DNA from: a virus
Taxonomy: Duplodnaviria; Caudoviricetes
Length of the DNA stretch: 37,392 nucleotides
Virus record (IMG/VR): IMGVR_UViG_3300021579_000020
Span: 1-37,392 of that record
Reading direction: 5' to 3' (one strand)
Shown piece by piece: positions 15,746-24,921 of this stretch. Within the stretch, counting starts at the first letter, position 1. Each line of letters begins with the position of its first letter. A program made the position numbers and the translations under genes. A model generated the notes under the pieces. That model searched no databases, was not told the DNA's origin, and saw only the letters and a program-made list of their open reading frames with translations.

Positions 15746-16621
15746 ATGACGGCATTAGCAGTAGATAGGAATACCCAGCGACGCGACGGGCAGGAGCTCG
15801 TCCTCGGCGTTGCGGCTGCAAAAAAGATTTATGCGGGATCGATAGTCGCCAGGGACGCAAATGGCTATGCGACGCCCGGCGCAACGGCGACAACCTTGCT
15901 GGCGGTTGGCAGGGCTGAAGAATATGTGGATAACTCTGGCGGAAGCGCAGGGGATAAGACGGTTAAGATTTCCCGCGGCGTCTTCCAGTTTGCCAATTCG
16001 GCAGGCGGCGATGAAATAACCGCGGCGGATATTGGTAAAGAGTGTTACATCGTGGATGATCAGACGGTGGCTAAGACAAACGGCACGAGCACGAGGAGTG
16101 TGGCTGGCAGGGTGTACGACGTGGACACCAACGGCGTGTGGATTGACTTTACCATAATTCCCCGTTCAGCGACTGTTACCAGCGCGGACATGGACGCAAC
16201 GATGCTTAAATATGCCACGGTGACTTTGACAAATGCTAATATCAAGGCATTACGGGCAACGCCGATAACCCTGGTGGCAGCTCAGGGCTCCAACAAGGTG
16301 ATTGAGCTGGTAAGCGCCATGCTGGAACTGAAGGCAGGAACCAATGTTCTTGCAGAATCAGCGGATAATATGGCCATTAAGTTTAACAATGGCTCTGGCT
16401 TGGCGGTGAGTCAAACGATTGAGGCCACTGGTTTTATTGATGCATCGGTTGACACAATAACGAATTCAAGGCCCGCCATTGACGCTATTGTTGCCTTGTC
16501 AGCATCTGCCAATAAGGCATTGGTGCTGCACAATACCGGCGATGGCGAGTACGGCGGGAATGCGGCAGCCGATGCAACGATGGTTGTTAAGATCGCATAC
16601 CGTGTGCACGACTTCTCATAA
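15746..16621 (+). CDS. Capsid cement/decoration protein with C-terminal extension
   Basis: MTALAVDRNT...GVAAAKKIYAGSIV...ADIGKECYIVDDQTV...GVWI N-terminal ~135 aa; lies between protease and capsid genes. Confidence 0.75.
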   Translation: MTALAVDRNTQRRDGQELVLGVAAAKKIYAGSIVARDANGYATPGATATTLLAVGRAEEYVDNSGGSAGDKTVKISRGVFQFANSAGGDEITAADIGKECYIVDDQTVAKTNGTSTRSVAGRVYDVDTNGVWIDFTIIPRSATVTSADMDATMLKYATVTLTNANIKALRATPITLVAAQGSNKVIELVSAMLELKAGTNVLAESADNMAIKFNNGSGLAVSQTIEATGFIDASVDTITNSRPAIDAIVALSASANKALVLHNTGDGEYGGNAAADATMVVKIAYRVHDFS

Positions 16622-16628
16622 TATTGTG

Positions 16629-16655
16629 CTCTGTGTGCTTTGTGTACTTTGTGAG
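16629..16655. repeat. Three tandem 9-mers CTYTGTGNN
   Basis: CTCTGTGTG CTTTGTGTA CTTTGTGAG in the intergenic gap. Confidence 0.6.
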
Positions 16656-16681
16656 AACTTTTTAATTTTGGAGGAATAACT

Positions 16682-17587
16682 ATGTTAATAAACAGAACAA
16701 CCCTGGAGGCTATCTTTATCAATTTGAAGACGAGCTTCCAGAACGCATTTGATGCGGCGCCGTCTACGTGGGGCAGACTTGCCATGCTTGTACCATCTTC
16801 CGTAAAGCAGCAGGATTATGGCTGGATTTCCACTTTCCCTAAGATGCGGAAATGGGTGGGCGAGAAGCTTATAAAATCCCTTGCGGCATATAAGTACACC
16901 ATAATCAATGACGACTGGGAGGCGACGGTCGAGGTCGACCGGAACGATGTTGAAGATGATAACCTGGGCATTTACGGACCCCAGGCGCAGATGGCAGGAT
17001 TTAGCGCAAAGCAGCTTGCGGACGAGATTGTATATGACCTGTTTAATGGCGGGTTTACCAATCTCTGCTACGACGGCAAGGCGTTTTTTGCCGATAATCA
17101 TCCGGTGGCAGGCGCAAGCGTATCGAACAAGGGCACGGCTGCATTATCAATTGCAACACAGGCCGCTGCTAAGTCGTCCTTTGGCACGGCGCGGACTGCA
17201 TTGAGGAAGATGACGGATGACGAGAAGAGGCCGCTTGCCATTAGGCCGAATATTCTCCTTGTGCCGCCGGCGCTTGAAGATGTTGGTAGAATTCTCATGA
17301 CGGTAGACAGGTTAGAGGATGGCAAGGCAAATCCTTATAAAGGCACGGCGGAATTGGTTGTAGGCGATTGGCTCACGAGCGACACCGCGTGGTTCTTGCT
17401 CGATACGACAAAGCCAATAAAGCCGGTGATTTATCAGGAGCGTAAATCTCCACAGTTCGTGGAGCAGACGAACCCGCAGGCGGATGATGTGTTTATGCGC
17501 AAAAAATATAAATTCGGTGCTGAGGCAAGGGCGGCTGGCGGGTATGGATTCTGGCAGTTGGCTTATGGCAGCACGGGGGCAGGTTAA
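16682..17587 (+). CDS. Major capsid protein, Mu gpT family
   Basis: YGWI..FPKMRKWVG, WEATVEVDRND.EDD.LGIY, CYDGK.FF..NHP, LLVPPALE, WFLLDTTKPIKP.IYQER, GYGFWQLAYGS. Confidence 0.95.
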   Translation: MLINRTTLEAIFINLKTSFQNAFDAAPSTWGRLAMLVPSSVKQQDYGWISTFPKMRKWVGEKLIKSLAAYKYTIINDDWEATVEVDRNDVEDDNLGIYGPQAQMAGFSAKQLADEIVYDLFNGGFTNLCYDGKAFFADNHPVAGASVSNKGTAALSIATQAAAKSSFGTARTALRKMTDDEKRPLAIRPNILLVPPALEDVGRILMTVDRLEDGKANPYKGTAELVVGDWLTSDTAWFLLDTTKPIKPVIYQERKSPQFVEQTNPQADDVFMRKKYKFGAEARAAGGYGFWQLAYGSTGAG

Positions 17588-17599
17588 TACTTGTGATGT

Positions 17600-17634
17600 T
17601 AACTCTGACAGGGTTCACAACCCTGTCAGAGTTA
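17600..17634. repeat. Perfect 16-bp inverted repeat (REP/MITE-like, or transcript stabiliser)
   Basis: TAACTCTGACAGGGTT-CAC-AACCCTGTCAGAGTTA; no U-tract. Confidence 0.8.
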
Positions 17635-17654
17635 TGGATATTGAAAGGATATAT

Positions 17655-17939
17655 ATGATTACGCCGTTGATTAAAAACATTACCTTGAGCGCCACGGATT
17701 ACACTGAAATCGTGCTTGATGTAGCGACGCAGAATTTGCGCAGCGTGTTGGTGCAGTGTCGGAATGCCGCGGTAGATGTATACCTTGCAACAAGCGCGGC
17801 TCCGACGGAATATTTTACCCTGATGGCTGATAGCGCTTTGATTATCGATTTAGAATCCTTATCGGAAACGGGATTGTTTGCAAAGGCGTCATCCGGCACG
17901 CCGGTTTTGGAAGTTGTGAACATTGTAAAAACACTGTAA
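17655..17939 (+). CDS. Hypothetical beta-rich virion protein, 94 aa
   Basis: ATG at 17655 after AAGGA. Confidence 0.7.
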   Translation: MITPLIKNITLSATDYTEIVLDVATQNLRSVLVQCRNAAVDVYLATSAAPTEYFTLMADSALIIDLESLSETGLFAKASSGTPVLEVVNIVKTL

Positions 17940-17957
17940 GAGAAAGGAGTAGGGAAA

Positions 17958-18173
17958 ATGAAATATACGATTTATAAGAATATGGATTTACTTAAAGTGA
18001 TTGAGGTTGCGAACGCCGAAGAATATGGTTTCCGCAGTATGCAGATTGGCCATGAGATGGAGATCATCACCCACGAGGGCGGTGAACATGTTGTAATTAA
18101 AGGTAAGATTGTAAATGTATCCTGGGCAGTTGTGAACGGCGTAGAATCGGCATCAATCTTTTTAGAGGGTTAA
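17958..18173 (+). CDS. Hypothetical protein, 71 aa
   Basis: SD AAGGAG; operon context. Confidence 0.7.
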   Translation: MKYTIYKNMDLLKVIEVANAEEYGFRSMQIGHEMEIITHEGGEHVVIKGKIVNVSWAVVNGVESASIFLEG

Positions 18174-18178
18174 TATAA

Positions 18179-18853
18179 ATGAGGATTACTGGCCGGTTAA
18201 AGGTTTATACGAAAATGCTCGATAAGTGGAACATACCTGTTGTATCAGGTGGGACAACCACAGAGACGGAACTGTATGTTTACACCGTAAATGGTGGATT
18301 GATGGGGGATAAAGGAGAAGTTAAAATCCTTATCTCATTTACCAATAAGTCGAGCGCAAACAATAAAACCGTAAAGGTGAAATTCGGTAGCACTGAACTT
18401 GCATCGTATACGGTAACGACGAATACCCAAAAAGAAATATGTGTCAGCCTGAGAAACCGCAACAATGAGGCATCTCAGGTATGTACGGTAACATCTCAGG
18501 GCGTCACGACTGTGGCCAATTTGGCAGAAGATACGACAATCGATAAGGATATATCAATTACGGCAACGACGACAACCGAATCAGCGGTAAGCGTTACAGA
18601 CCTTACGTCTGCCGGTTCTGTGGCCTTGTGTCATGCCGTGGCTCACGGCTATGTTATCGGCGAGTATGTGCTTGTTGAAGGCGCAAACGAAACAGAGTAT
18701 AACGGCACATATTCAATTTATGATGTATCAGCAAATTATTTTAAATACAATTTTGCAGGTTCTGCTACAGCACAGGCAACGGGAACGATTACGGTAAAAC
18801 GCTATACGCCGATAACCCTCGAAAGCGTGGACGTGGAATTAATAAAGGTATAA
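18179..18853 (+). CDS. Structural protein with one FCCH-like beta module
   Basis: AHGYVIGEYVLVEGANETEYNGTYSI...FKY motif shared with the next gene. Confidence 0.7.
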   Translation: MRITGRLKVYTKMLDKWNIPVVSGGTTTETELYVYTVNGGLMGDKGEVKILISFTNKSSANNKTVKVKFGSTELASYTVTTNTQKEICVSLRNRNNEASQVCTVTSQGVTTVANLAEDTTIDKDISITATTTTESAVSVTDLTSAGSVALCHAVAHGYVIGEYVLVEGANETEYNGTYSIYDVSANYFKYNFAGSATAQATGTITVKRYTPITLESVDVELIKV

Positions 18854-18870
18854 TTGAGGACATATAAGTT

Positions 18871-21800
18871 ATGAGCTACATAATACCAACAACAAGCGTT
18901 AGTGGAGTGCGGAAAAAAAGCACAAAGCCAACAGCGAATACGATTAAAATGGCATTCGACAAAACGGACTTCATCTGCCATACACAAGGCGAATCGGCGA
19001 TTGCATTCCCCGATGAAACTTATATTGCCGACCCCATAAATCCCACAAATCTAAAATTACATTACAAATTTGACGAGGGCACTGGGACAACCGCTGCGAG
19101 TTCTGCGCTAGCTGCTAATACTGGCACTATACACGGGGCAACCTGGGTTGACGGCAAGTTGAGCAAGGCATTGAGCTTTGGCGGGACGAATGATGATTAT
19201 GTGGAAACGGCAAATGTACTTACTTGGTTCACCGATGAGTTTACCATGAGTGCATGGATAAACTTTGTTGATTATGTTGCGGTTAGGGGCATATTTACGG
19301 CAGATAAAAGCAGCCCGAATACAAAAGGTCTTAGGATAAAAATTGATACGGACGGGTCTGTTAAAATGCTTATGAGTGGAGGTTCTGCGTTGTGTTATAT
19401 CGCCTCTGGCATAATAACCACCAATACATGGTATCATCTTGCCATTACCGGCAAGGGAGGAGGCAACAGTCAAACGCCTGGATATGTAAAGGCGTATGTA
19501 AATGGCTCTCCGGTGTCGATTACTTACATGAATACCACAACCGTAAGCAGTATTACCCACAGCGGGGCTACAGCTACAGCCACTGCTACGGCTCATGGAT
19601 ACTCAAATAATGATACTGTTTATATATCTGGTGCCACACCTACCGACTATAATGGATATTTTGTAATATCCAATGTAGCGGCAAATACATTTGACTATGC
19701 GATGGCATCTACACCAAGTGGCAATGCTAGCGGAACTCTGAAATGTAAAAAGATACCGGCTATTGTTGTTCCCTCTGCCACGGCTTACGTGGGGGCTGAT
19801 TATACTGGCCCAACAGAAAACTTCAAAGGCATCATTGATGATTTCCGACTGTATAACAGTGCTCTTGATGATGCTACGATAAATACTATTTATAGCGATA
19901 TCGGTGTTCCACCAGTTGCGGCGGATAGTTTTAGAAATTATTTTGCGATCGCTTGGGTAGATAGTTGTATAAATTCGCTGAGATACGCCAATTCTCTGGG
20001 GTATGATTACATCGCTGCGTATGAAAACCAACCTGGCGGACTTGGAAACGGCGGGGGATATTACAAAAATACAGCCGATGCAAAAAATAAATATTTTTAT
20101 CTTGCTGACGCACATGATTGGTACAATACGCTCGAGCATCACAAAAGGGATATAACCACAACAAAACAATATACGCAAGATGAAATCGATTGGTATTTGG
20201 CCAATTGCGCCACGGTATCAGCCAAGAGTAATAACTGGTGGGACAAGTTGGCGAAGGGTTACAACATAAGCGCGACGCAGTTTTACTCAGTCCCTGACTT
20301 CCAGCAACAGGCGGTTATTGATTTAATCGTAAACAATATTATGACCTTAGCGGCGGCCTATGCTTCTACCAATGGAGATGCAGGACATCCGTTTACCTTC
20401 GCCGGTGTGTTATTCGACAGCGCAGCCCTGACGGGAGAATTTACCTCATGGCCGGTAACTGGGGCTATGAAGGTGTTAGACGGCGATAGAAAGCCTGTAT
20501 CAACTATAACAAGGTCTGGGGCTACGGCTACCGTAACAACTACGTATAATCATGGATATGCAAATAATGATTATGTAGTTATCAAGGGCGCAACGCAAAC
20601 TGAATATAACGGCAAACAACAGATAACATATATCAGCCCAACATCATTTAGTTTTCCGGTTTCCGGAACTCCTGCATCTCCGGCTACAGGCACAATAACA
20701 AGCAGTACGAGCGATTATGTTGTTGATAGTATAACAAGGTCTGGGGCTACGGCTACAGTTACTATAGGCGGCGGGCACAATTATGAGACAAACAATCAGG
20801 TAACAATTGCTGGAGCTGTACAATCTGAGTATAACGGTGTAAAGACTATAACCGTCACTGGTGCAACAACATTTACCTATACGGTTTCAGGGTCTCCGGC
20901 ATCTCCGGCAACAACAAGCGACAAAATCTATTGCTCTCCCTATGACCATTGCCTTATACCAGCAGGTAAGACGCATGATTTCAAGACTTACAGCGATGGC
21001 AAGGCGGCATTTTTCGAACAATTACGGACGGCGATTGGCGCCGGCAAAAAGTTCGGACTCGAACCGTCACAGATTTATCATGCATCATACATCGAAGAAC
21101 TTGTCCGACATATAAAAGACAGGTCGGACAAAGATAATCTGACGCCTGATATCATAGGGCAAGAGGACGCAGACACGAACTTTGTCGATGTATCACAGAT
21201 TTATAATTCTGGCGTGAACATTACTAAAAACATGGTGGGCATAGACCAGGTATCACAGGAAACAGAATCGACATGTAGGACGATCTATGCAAAGGCGGCG
21301 ATTAATGGATGCTGGTCTAACTGGTATGGGTTATTGGGCGAAGGCGCCGGCACGCCGCATTTCCAAAATATCGTTGACGTATACCCGCGATTATTGTTTA
21401 TCCGGTGCGTAGCAAATTGGGACAACCTGAACTTGGTACCTTTACAATATCGCACGTGGAGTGGGGCAATATATCAGAGCAAAGCGACATATAACGGGTC
21501 GATATGGAGTTATATGTCTCAGCATGTTTATTTTTCGAGGTTTCACAAGAACACGAACAAGTTATATATTGTATTCAATACTGCCTTTGAAACTGTGCCG
21601 GTACCGGCTGGAAAGACTGTATCAACCATCAAGCGGGCAAACGCATTTTTAGAAGAGGACACAGACGGCACGAATGATTTAACGGTAGCAAGTGGATTAA
21701 TTTCTTTGACAAGCGAACCGACGACAACGATAACGCAGGCAATGACGACAACGAGTCCAGGGAATAGTGGAACTCTTACGGTTGCAGACGGTTCAAAGCT

Positions 21801-21996
21801 TCCTTCGAACTCTCCTTTTGTGCTTTTGATAGAATCTGAAAAAATAAAGATTGCCTCAAGGAGTGTCAATACATTAACCCTTGCAAGTAGCGGCGCAAGG
21901 GGTTACGAGTCAACGACTGCGGCGTCTCATAGTAACGGTGTAGCGTGCAGCCGGAAGCTGGCAGACGGACTGCCTTATATTATAACCCTTGTGTAA
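18871..21996 (+). CDS. Large surface/head-fibre protein: LamG (ConA-like) domain, three FCCH-like repeats, possible glycanase-like region
   Basis: HYKFDEG.G...GATWVDGK..ALSF, FTMSAWI, WYHLAIT, FKGIIDDFRLYNSAL; repeats SIT.SGATAT...HGY..ND.V.I.GA...YNG. Confidence 0.75.
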   Translation: MSYIIPTTSVSGVRKKSTKPTANTIKMAFDKTDFICHTQGESAIAFPDETYIADPINPTNLKLHYKFDEGTGTTAASSALAANTGTIHGATWVDGKLSKALSFGGTNDDYVETANVLTWFTDEFTMSAWINFVDYVAVRGIFTADKSSPNTKGLRIKIDTDGSVKMLMSGGSALCYIASGIITTNTWYHLAITGKGGGNSQTPGYVKAYVNGSPVSITYMNTTTVSSITHSGATATATATAHGYSNNDTVYISGATPTDYNGYFVISNVAANTFDYAMASTPSGNASGTLKCKKIPAIVVPSATAYVGADYTGPTENFKGIIDDFRLYNSALDDATINTIYSDIGVPPVAADSFRNYFAIAWVDSCINSLRYANSLGYDYIAAYENQPGGLGNGGGYYKNTADAKNKYFYLADAHDWYNTLEHHKRDITTTKQYTQDEIDWYLANCATVSAKSNNWWDKLAKGYNISATQFYSVPDFQQQAVIDLIVNNIMTLAAAYASTNGDAGHPFTFAGVLFDSAALTGEFTSWPVTGAMKVLDGDRKPVSTITRSGATATVTTTYNHGYANNDYVVIKGATQTEYNGKQQITYISPTSFSFPVSGTPASPATGTITSSTSDYVVDSITRSGATATVTIGGGHNYETNNQVTIAGAVQSEYNGVKTITVTGATTFTYTVSGSPASPATTSDKIYCSPYDHCLIPAGKTHDFKTYSDGKAAFFEQLRTAIGAGKKFGLEPSQIYHASYIEELVRHIKDRSDKDNLTPDIIGQEDADTNFVDVSQIYNSGVNITKNMVGIDQVSQETESTCRTIYAKAAINGCWSNWYGLLGEGAGTPHFQNIVDVYPRLLFIRCVANWDNLNLVPLQYRTWSGAIYQSKATYNGSIWSYMSQHVYFSRFHKNTNKLYIVFNTAFETVPVPAGKTVSTIKRANAFLEEDTDGTNDLTVASGLISLTSEPTTTITQAMTTTSPGNSGTLTVADGSKLPSNSPFVLLIESEKIKIASRSVNTLTLASSGARGYESTTAASHSNGVACSRKLADGLPYIITLV

Positions 21997-22006
21997 GAGG
22001 TAAAAC

Positions 22007-22441
22007 ATGGCCTATTGTACGGTAGCAGACATTGAAAAGATGATACCAGCGGAAGCCATCATCCAATTAACCGATGATGAAGGCGCTAACTCTGTCAATA
22101 CTGGTAGGGTAAACGAGGCAATTACGCAGTCAGATGCTGAAATTGATAGTTATTGTGCAACGCGGGGTTATGTTGTCCCGTTTTCACCAATCCCAGATAT
22201 AGTCAAAAAAATGTCCGTTGACATCGCCATTTACAACCTGTACTCAAGGAGGGTTGAACAGATACCAGAGACGCGGGCTGAACGATACAAGAATGCTATG
22301 AGACAGCTCGAAGGCATTGCTAAAGGTGCGATTACACTTGGCGAAGTACCAGAACCGGAACAGGTCTCAGGCGGATTCGTGAAAACGAATAAGAGTTATA
22401 ATGATAGGATATTTACTTCTGACACATTGAAGGAGTTTTAA
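22007..22441 (+). CDS. Head-tail adaptor, Mu gp36/DUF1320 family
   Basis: MAYCTVADI...IQLTDD...AEIDSY...DIAIYNLY.RR...RYKNA..LE.IAKG.I.LG. Confidence 0.9.
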   Translation: MAYCTVADIEKMIPAEAIIQLTDDEGANSVNTGRVNEAITQSDAEIDSYCATRGYVVPFSPIPDIVKKMSVDIAIYNLYSRRVEQIPETRAERYKNAMRQLEGIAKGAITLGEVPEPEQVSGGFVKTNKSYNDRIFTSDTLKEF

Positions 22442-22851
22442 TGAGCACAATATCAAGCATAGAAGATGCTATGATTTCAACGGTTAAAGCCTTAAATGTG
22501 TTTAAAGTTGTGGAGTCGTTTGGAAGAAAGAGACCACCTGAAGCATTGCAATATCCGGCGGCATTTGTCTATTTTGTATCCGAGAAAGATACAGGCGCAA
22601 GGCCGCGTCCAACAGAAGAATTGATATATGAAATCCTTGTGGTTATCAAGAACCTACAGATTGAAAGCGCGGCGGCAAAAGATGCCTATGAATTACTGGA
22701 CGACGTGCGTAATGCCATTAATTTTAAATCGCTGGGATTGACCGATGTAGAGCCGTTTACCTGTGTATCAAGGGCGATGACTGAATATGCAGATGGCATT
22801 ATGTCTTATACTTTGCAATTTAAAACACGCCATTATTTACCTTTACCGTAA
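22441..22851 (+). CDS. Tail terminator/completion protein, Mu gp37-like
   Basis: ISSIEDAM, PAAFV, AYELLDDVR..I; position after gp36. Confidence 0.7.
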   Translation: MSTISSIEDAMISTVKALNVFKVVESFGRKRPPEALQYPAAFVYFVSEKDTGARPRPTEELIYEILVVIKNLQIESAAAKDAYELLDDVRNAINFKSLGLTDVEPFTCVSRAMTEYADGIMSYTLQFKTRHYLPLP

Positions 22852-22863
22852 GGAGTTTGAAAA

Positions 22864-24201
22864 ATGAATAGAACAAAAGCAGTTGTCCTGGCAAAACTGG
22901 AGACAGCCTACGGCGTAGACCCAACGCCAACAAGTGGCGCAAATGCCATCCTGTGTGAGTTGCCAGAATTTGAAGTCTTGGGAAAGAAATTAGAGAGGAA
23001 TTTTACAAGGGGGTTTTATGGAACGCTTCCTCCGGTGAACGTTGGGGAAGGATTAAAGCTATCATTTACAACAGAACTTAAGGGCGGAGGGCTTACAGGT
23101 GCTGGTGATCCTGTTGTTTACGCGGTTATTGCTCCAGAGATTGACCCATTATTGCAGATATGCAATTTCACAAAAGAGACTTTAAACGATACTAATTCAT
23201 CAATTTTATACACGCCAAATTCTGATGATACCACGCCATCATTTGCAGCCAACAGGGTGAGTAATGGAACGTTTACAACTGACTTAACCGGCTGGACTGG
23301 TGCAAATTGGGCTTATTCGAGCGGGAAGGCTCGACATACGGCGGGGGCGATAACGGCTCTGACACAGGCGGGCACAACGGGTACGGTAGGCAGAACTGAA
23401 AAGCTCTCTTTTGCGATTTCAAATCGTACGGCTGGAACCGTGAAAATAGAAATAGGTGGAGAACAAAGCGCATCTTATTCAGCGACTCCGACAAGCGCAG
23501 TTTACTTAACGCCTACAACTACCGGGGCATTAAAGATTGTCCCGTCGAGCGACTTTGATGGGGATATTGATAATGTTACCTGCCAAGCAATTTCTAGCGG
23601 TTCTGTTACAGCGAAGTCGGCTGTACTTTATTTTTATCAGCACAATATTTTGCACAAGATGCTTGGTTGTAAAGGCTCGTTAAGCCTTGACCTGAAAGTC
23701 AATGAATATGCGAAAATCAAATTTGAATTTACCGGTATTTATGCGGGCCCGGTAGATACCGTTATACCTGCAAGTCCTACCTATAATAGTACGTTACCGC
23801 CTGTATATCAATCGGCATTGTTTACGCTTGATAGTTACGCAGCGATTATTTCAAATCTCAAATTAGATATCAAAAATGAAATTGCAAAAAGGGTTGATGC
23901 GAACGCAGCGACTGGTATTCTGGAATATTATGTTAAGGGTAGAACCATTACTGGCGAATGTGACCCTGAAGTTCCTTCGCTTGATGTGTACAATTTTTGG
24001 AGCAAGTGGGACAATTCTACGCAGGTGCATCTTGTAACTACATTGGGCGCAAGTTCAGGCAATCAGGTTGTAATTGATGCACCACAGGTTGTTTTTGAAA
24101 CGCCGAAATATGCCGACAGGGAAGGCTTATTGACACATGCATTATCAATGATGTTATGTGCTTCTGTTGGCAACGATGAAATAACTTTAAAATTTGCATA
24201 A
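22864..24201 (+). CDS. Major tail tube protein with an inserted carbohydrate-binding-like domain
   Basis: VLAKLETAYGVDPTPT..NAIL, SFTTELKG, PLLQIC, K(M)LGCKG, FEFTG, YADREG; insert beginning NRVSNGTFTTDLTGWT. Confidence 0.8.
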   Translation: MNRTKAVVLAKLETAYGVDPTPTSGANAILCELPEFEVLGKKLERNFTRGFYGTLPPVNVGEGLKLSFTTELKGGGLTGAGDPVVYAVIAPEIDPLLQICNFTKETLNDTNSSILYTPNSDDTTPSFAANRVSNGTFTTDLTGWTGANWAYSSGKARHTAGAITALTQAGTTGTVGRTEKLSFAISNRTAGTVKIEIGGEQSASYSATPTSAVYLTPTTTGALKIVPSSDFDGDIDNVTCQAISSGSVTAKSAVLYFYQHNILHKMLGCKGSLSLDLKVNEYAKIKFEFTGIYAGPVDTVIPASPTYNSTLPPVYQSALFTLDSYAAIISNLKLDIKNEIAKRVDANAATGILEYYVKGRTITGECDPEVPSLDVYNFWSKWDNSTQVHLVTTLGASSGNQVVIDAPQVVFETPKYADREGLLTHALSMMLCASVGNDEITLKFA

Positions 24202-24217
24202 ACCGAAAGGGGAAAAT

Positions 24218-24625
24218 GTGCGAGAATTAAAACAGAGTGATAAAAATATTCTGAGAATCCAGGACGCCTTAAGCGGTTCTGACTTGGAATTATATTATCG
24301 GATGCCCACAACATCCGAGCTGGTTTCCTATCAATCAAAGCTGATGCAGCGCAAAGGTAAAAAGGTTATCATTCATGCCTTTGATACCCGTCTCGAATTC
24401 GGGTTGAAAATTTTAACCGGATTCCGTGACGGCGATTTTGGATTTGACGGAAAACCAATTTCATCGGAAAAGGAAAATGCAAACTATCGTGAAGATTGGA
24501 AAGAGCTAGTTAAACAATCAGCTCCAGGCATCATCAATGCATTTTCCATGACCGTATTCGAAGGCGCACGGGTGGAACAAAATATTGATATAGAATACGA
24601 GGACGAACAAAACCCAAACGGTTAG
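24218..24625 (+). CDS. Tail assembly chaperone (gpG-like)
   Basis: GTG start after GGGG; lies between tube and tape measure; ends at a slippery site. Confidence 0.8.
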   Translation: MRELKQSDKNILRIQDALSGSDLELYYRMPTTSELVSYQSKLMQRKGKKVIIHAFDTRLEFGLKILTGFRDGDFGFDGKPISSEKENANYREDWKELVKQSAPGIINAFSMTVFEGARVEQNIDIEYEDEQNPNG

Positions 24626-24921
24626 AGGCACACGATGTTTCTTTTCGGGACGAAATCAAGCGTATCATGAACCGATGTACGCCGGAGAAGAAAAAAAAGT
24701 GTGCGAGAGATTGTGGGCAACATCTTGAATTTGCCTGTAAGAATTGTGACATGAATCAGGTGGATGAACCGTCCGATTGGTTTAATCACATTTGGTTTTT
24801 GTTCAGCATGCAGCAAGGCGGATATCCTTTCCGGCAAAATGATTTAACCATTGATGAATGGCTTGATATAGGCTTGTTAAAAGGGGAGCTCGAAGCAATG
24901 AAGATGGGCTTTGAAAAATAA
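24613..24921 (+). CDS. -1 frameshift extension of the tail chaperone (gpGT-like)
   Basis: Heptamer C-CCA-AAC at 24613-24619; the -1 frame is open (PKRLEAHD...) into the 24667-24921 ORF. Confidence 0.8.
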   Translation, partial: PKRLEAHDVSFRDEIKRIMNRCTPEKKKKCARDCGQHLEFACKNCDMNQVDEPSDWFNHIWFLFSMQQGGYPFRQNDLTIDEWLDIGLLKGELEAMKMGFEK

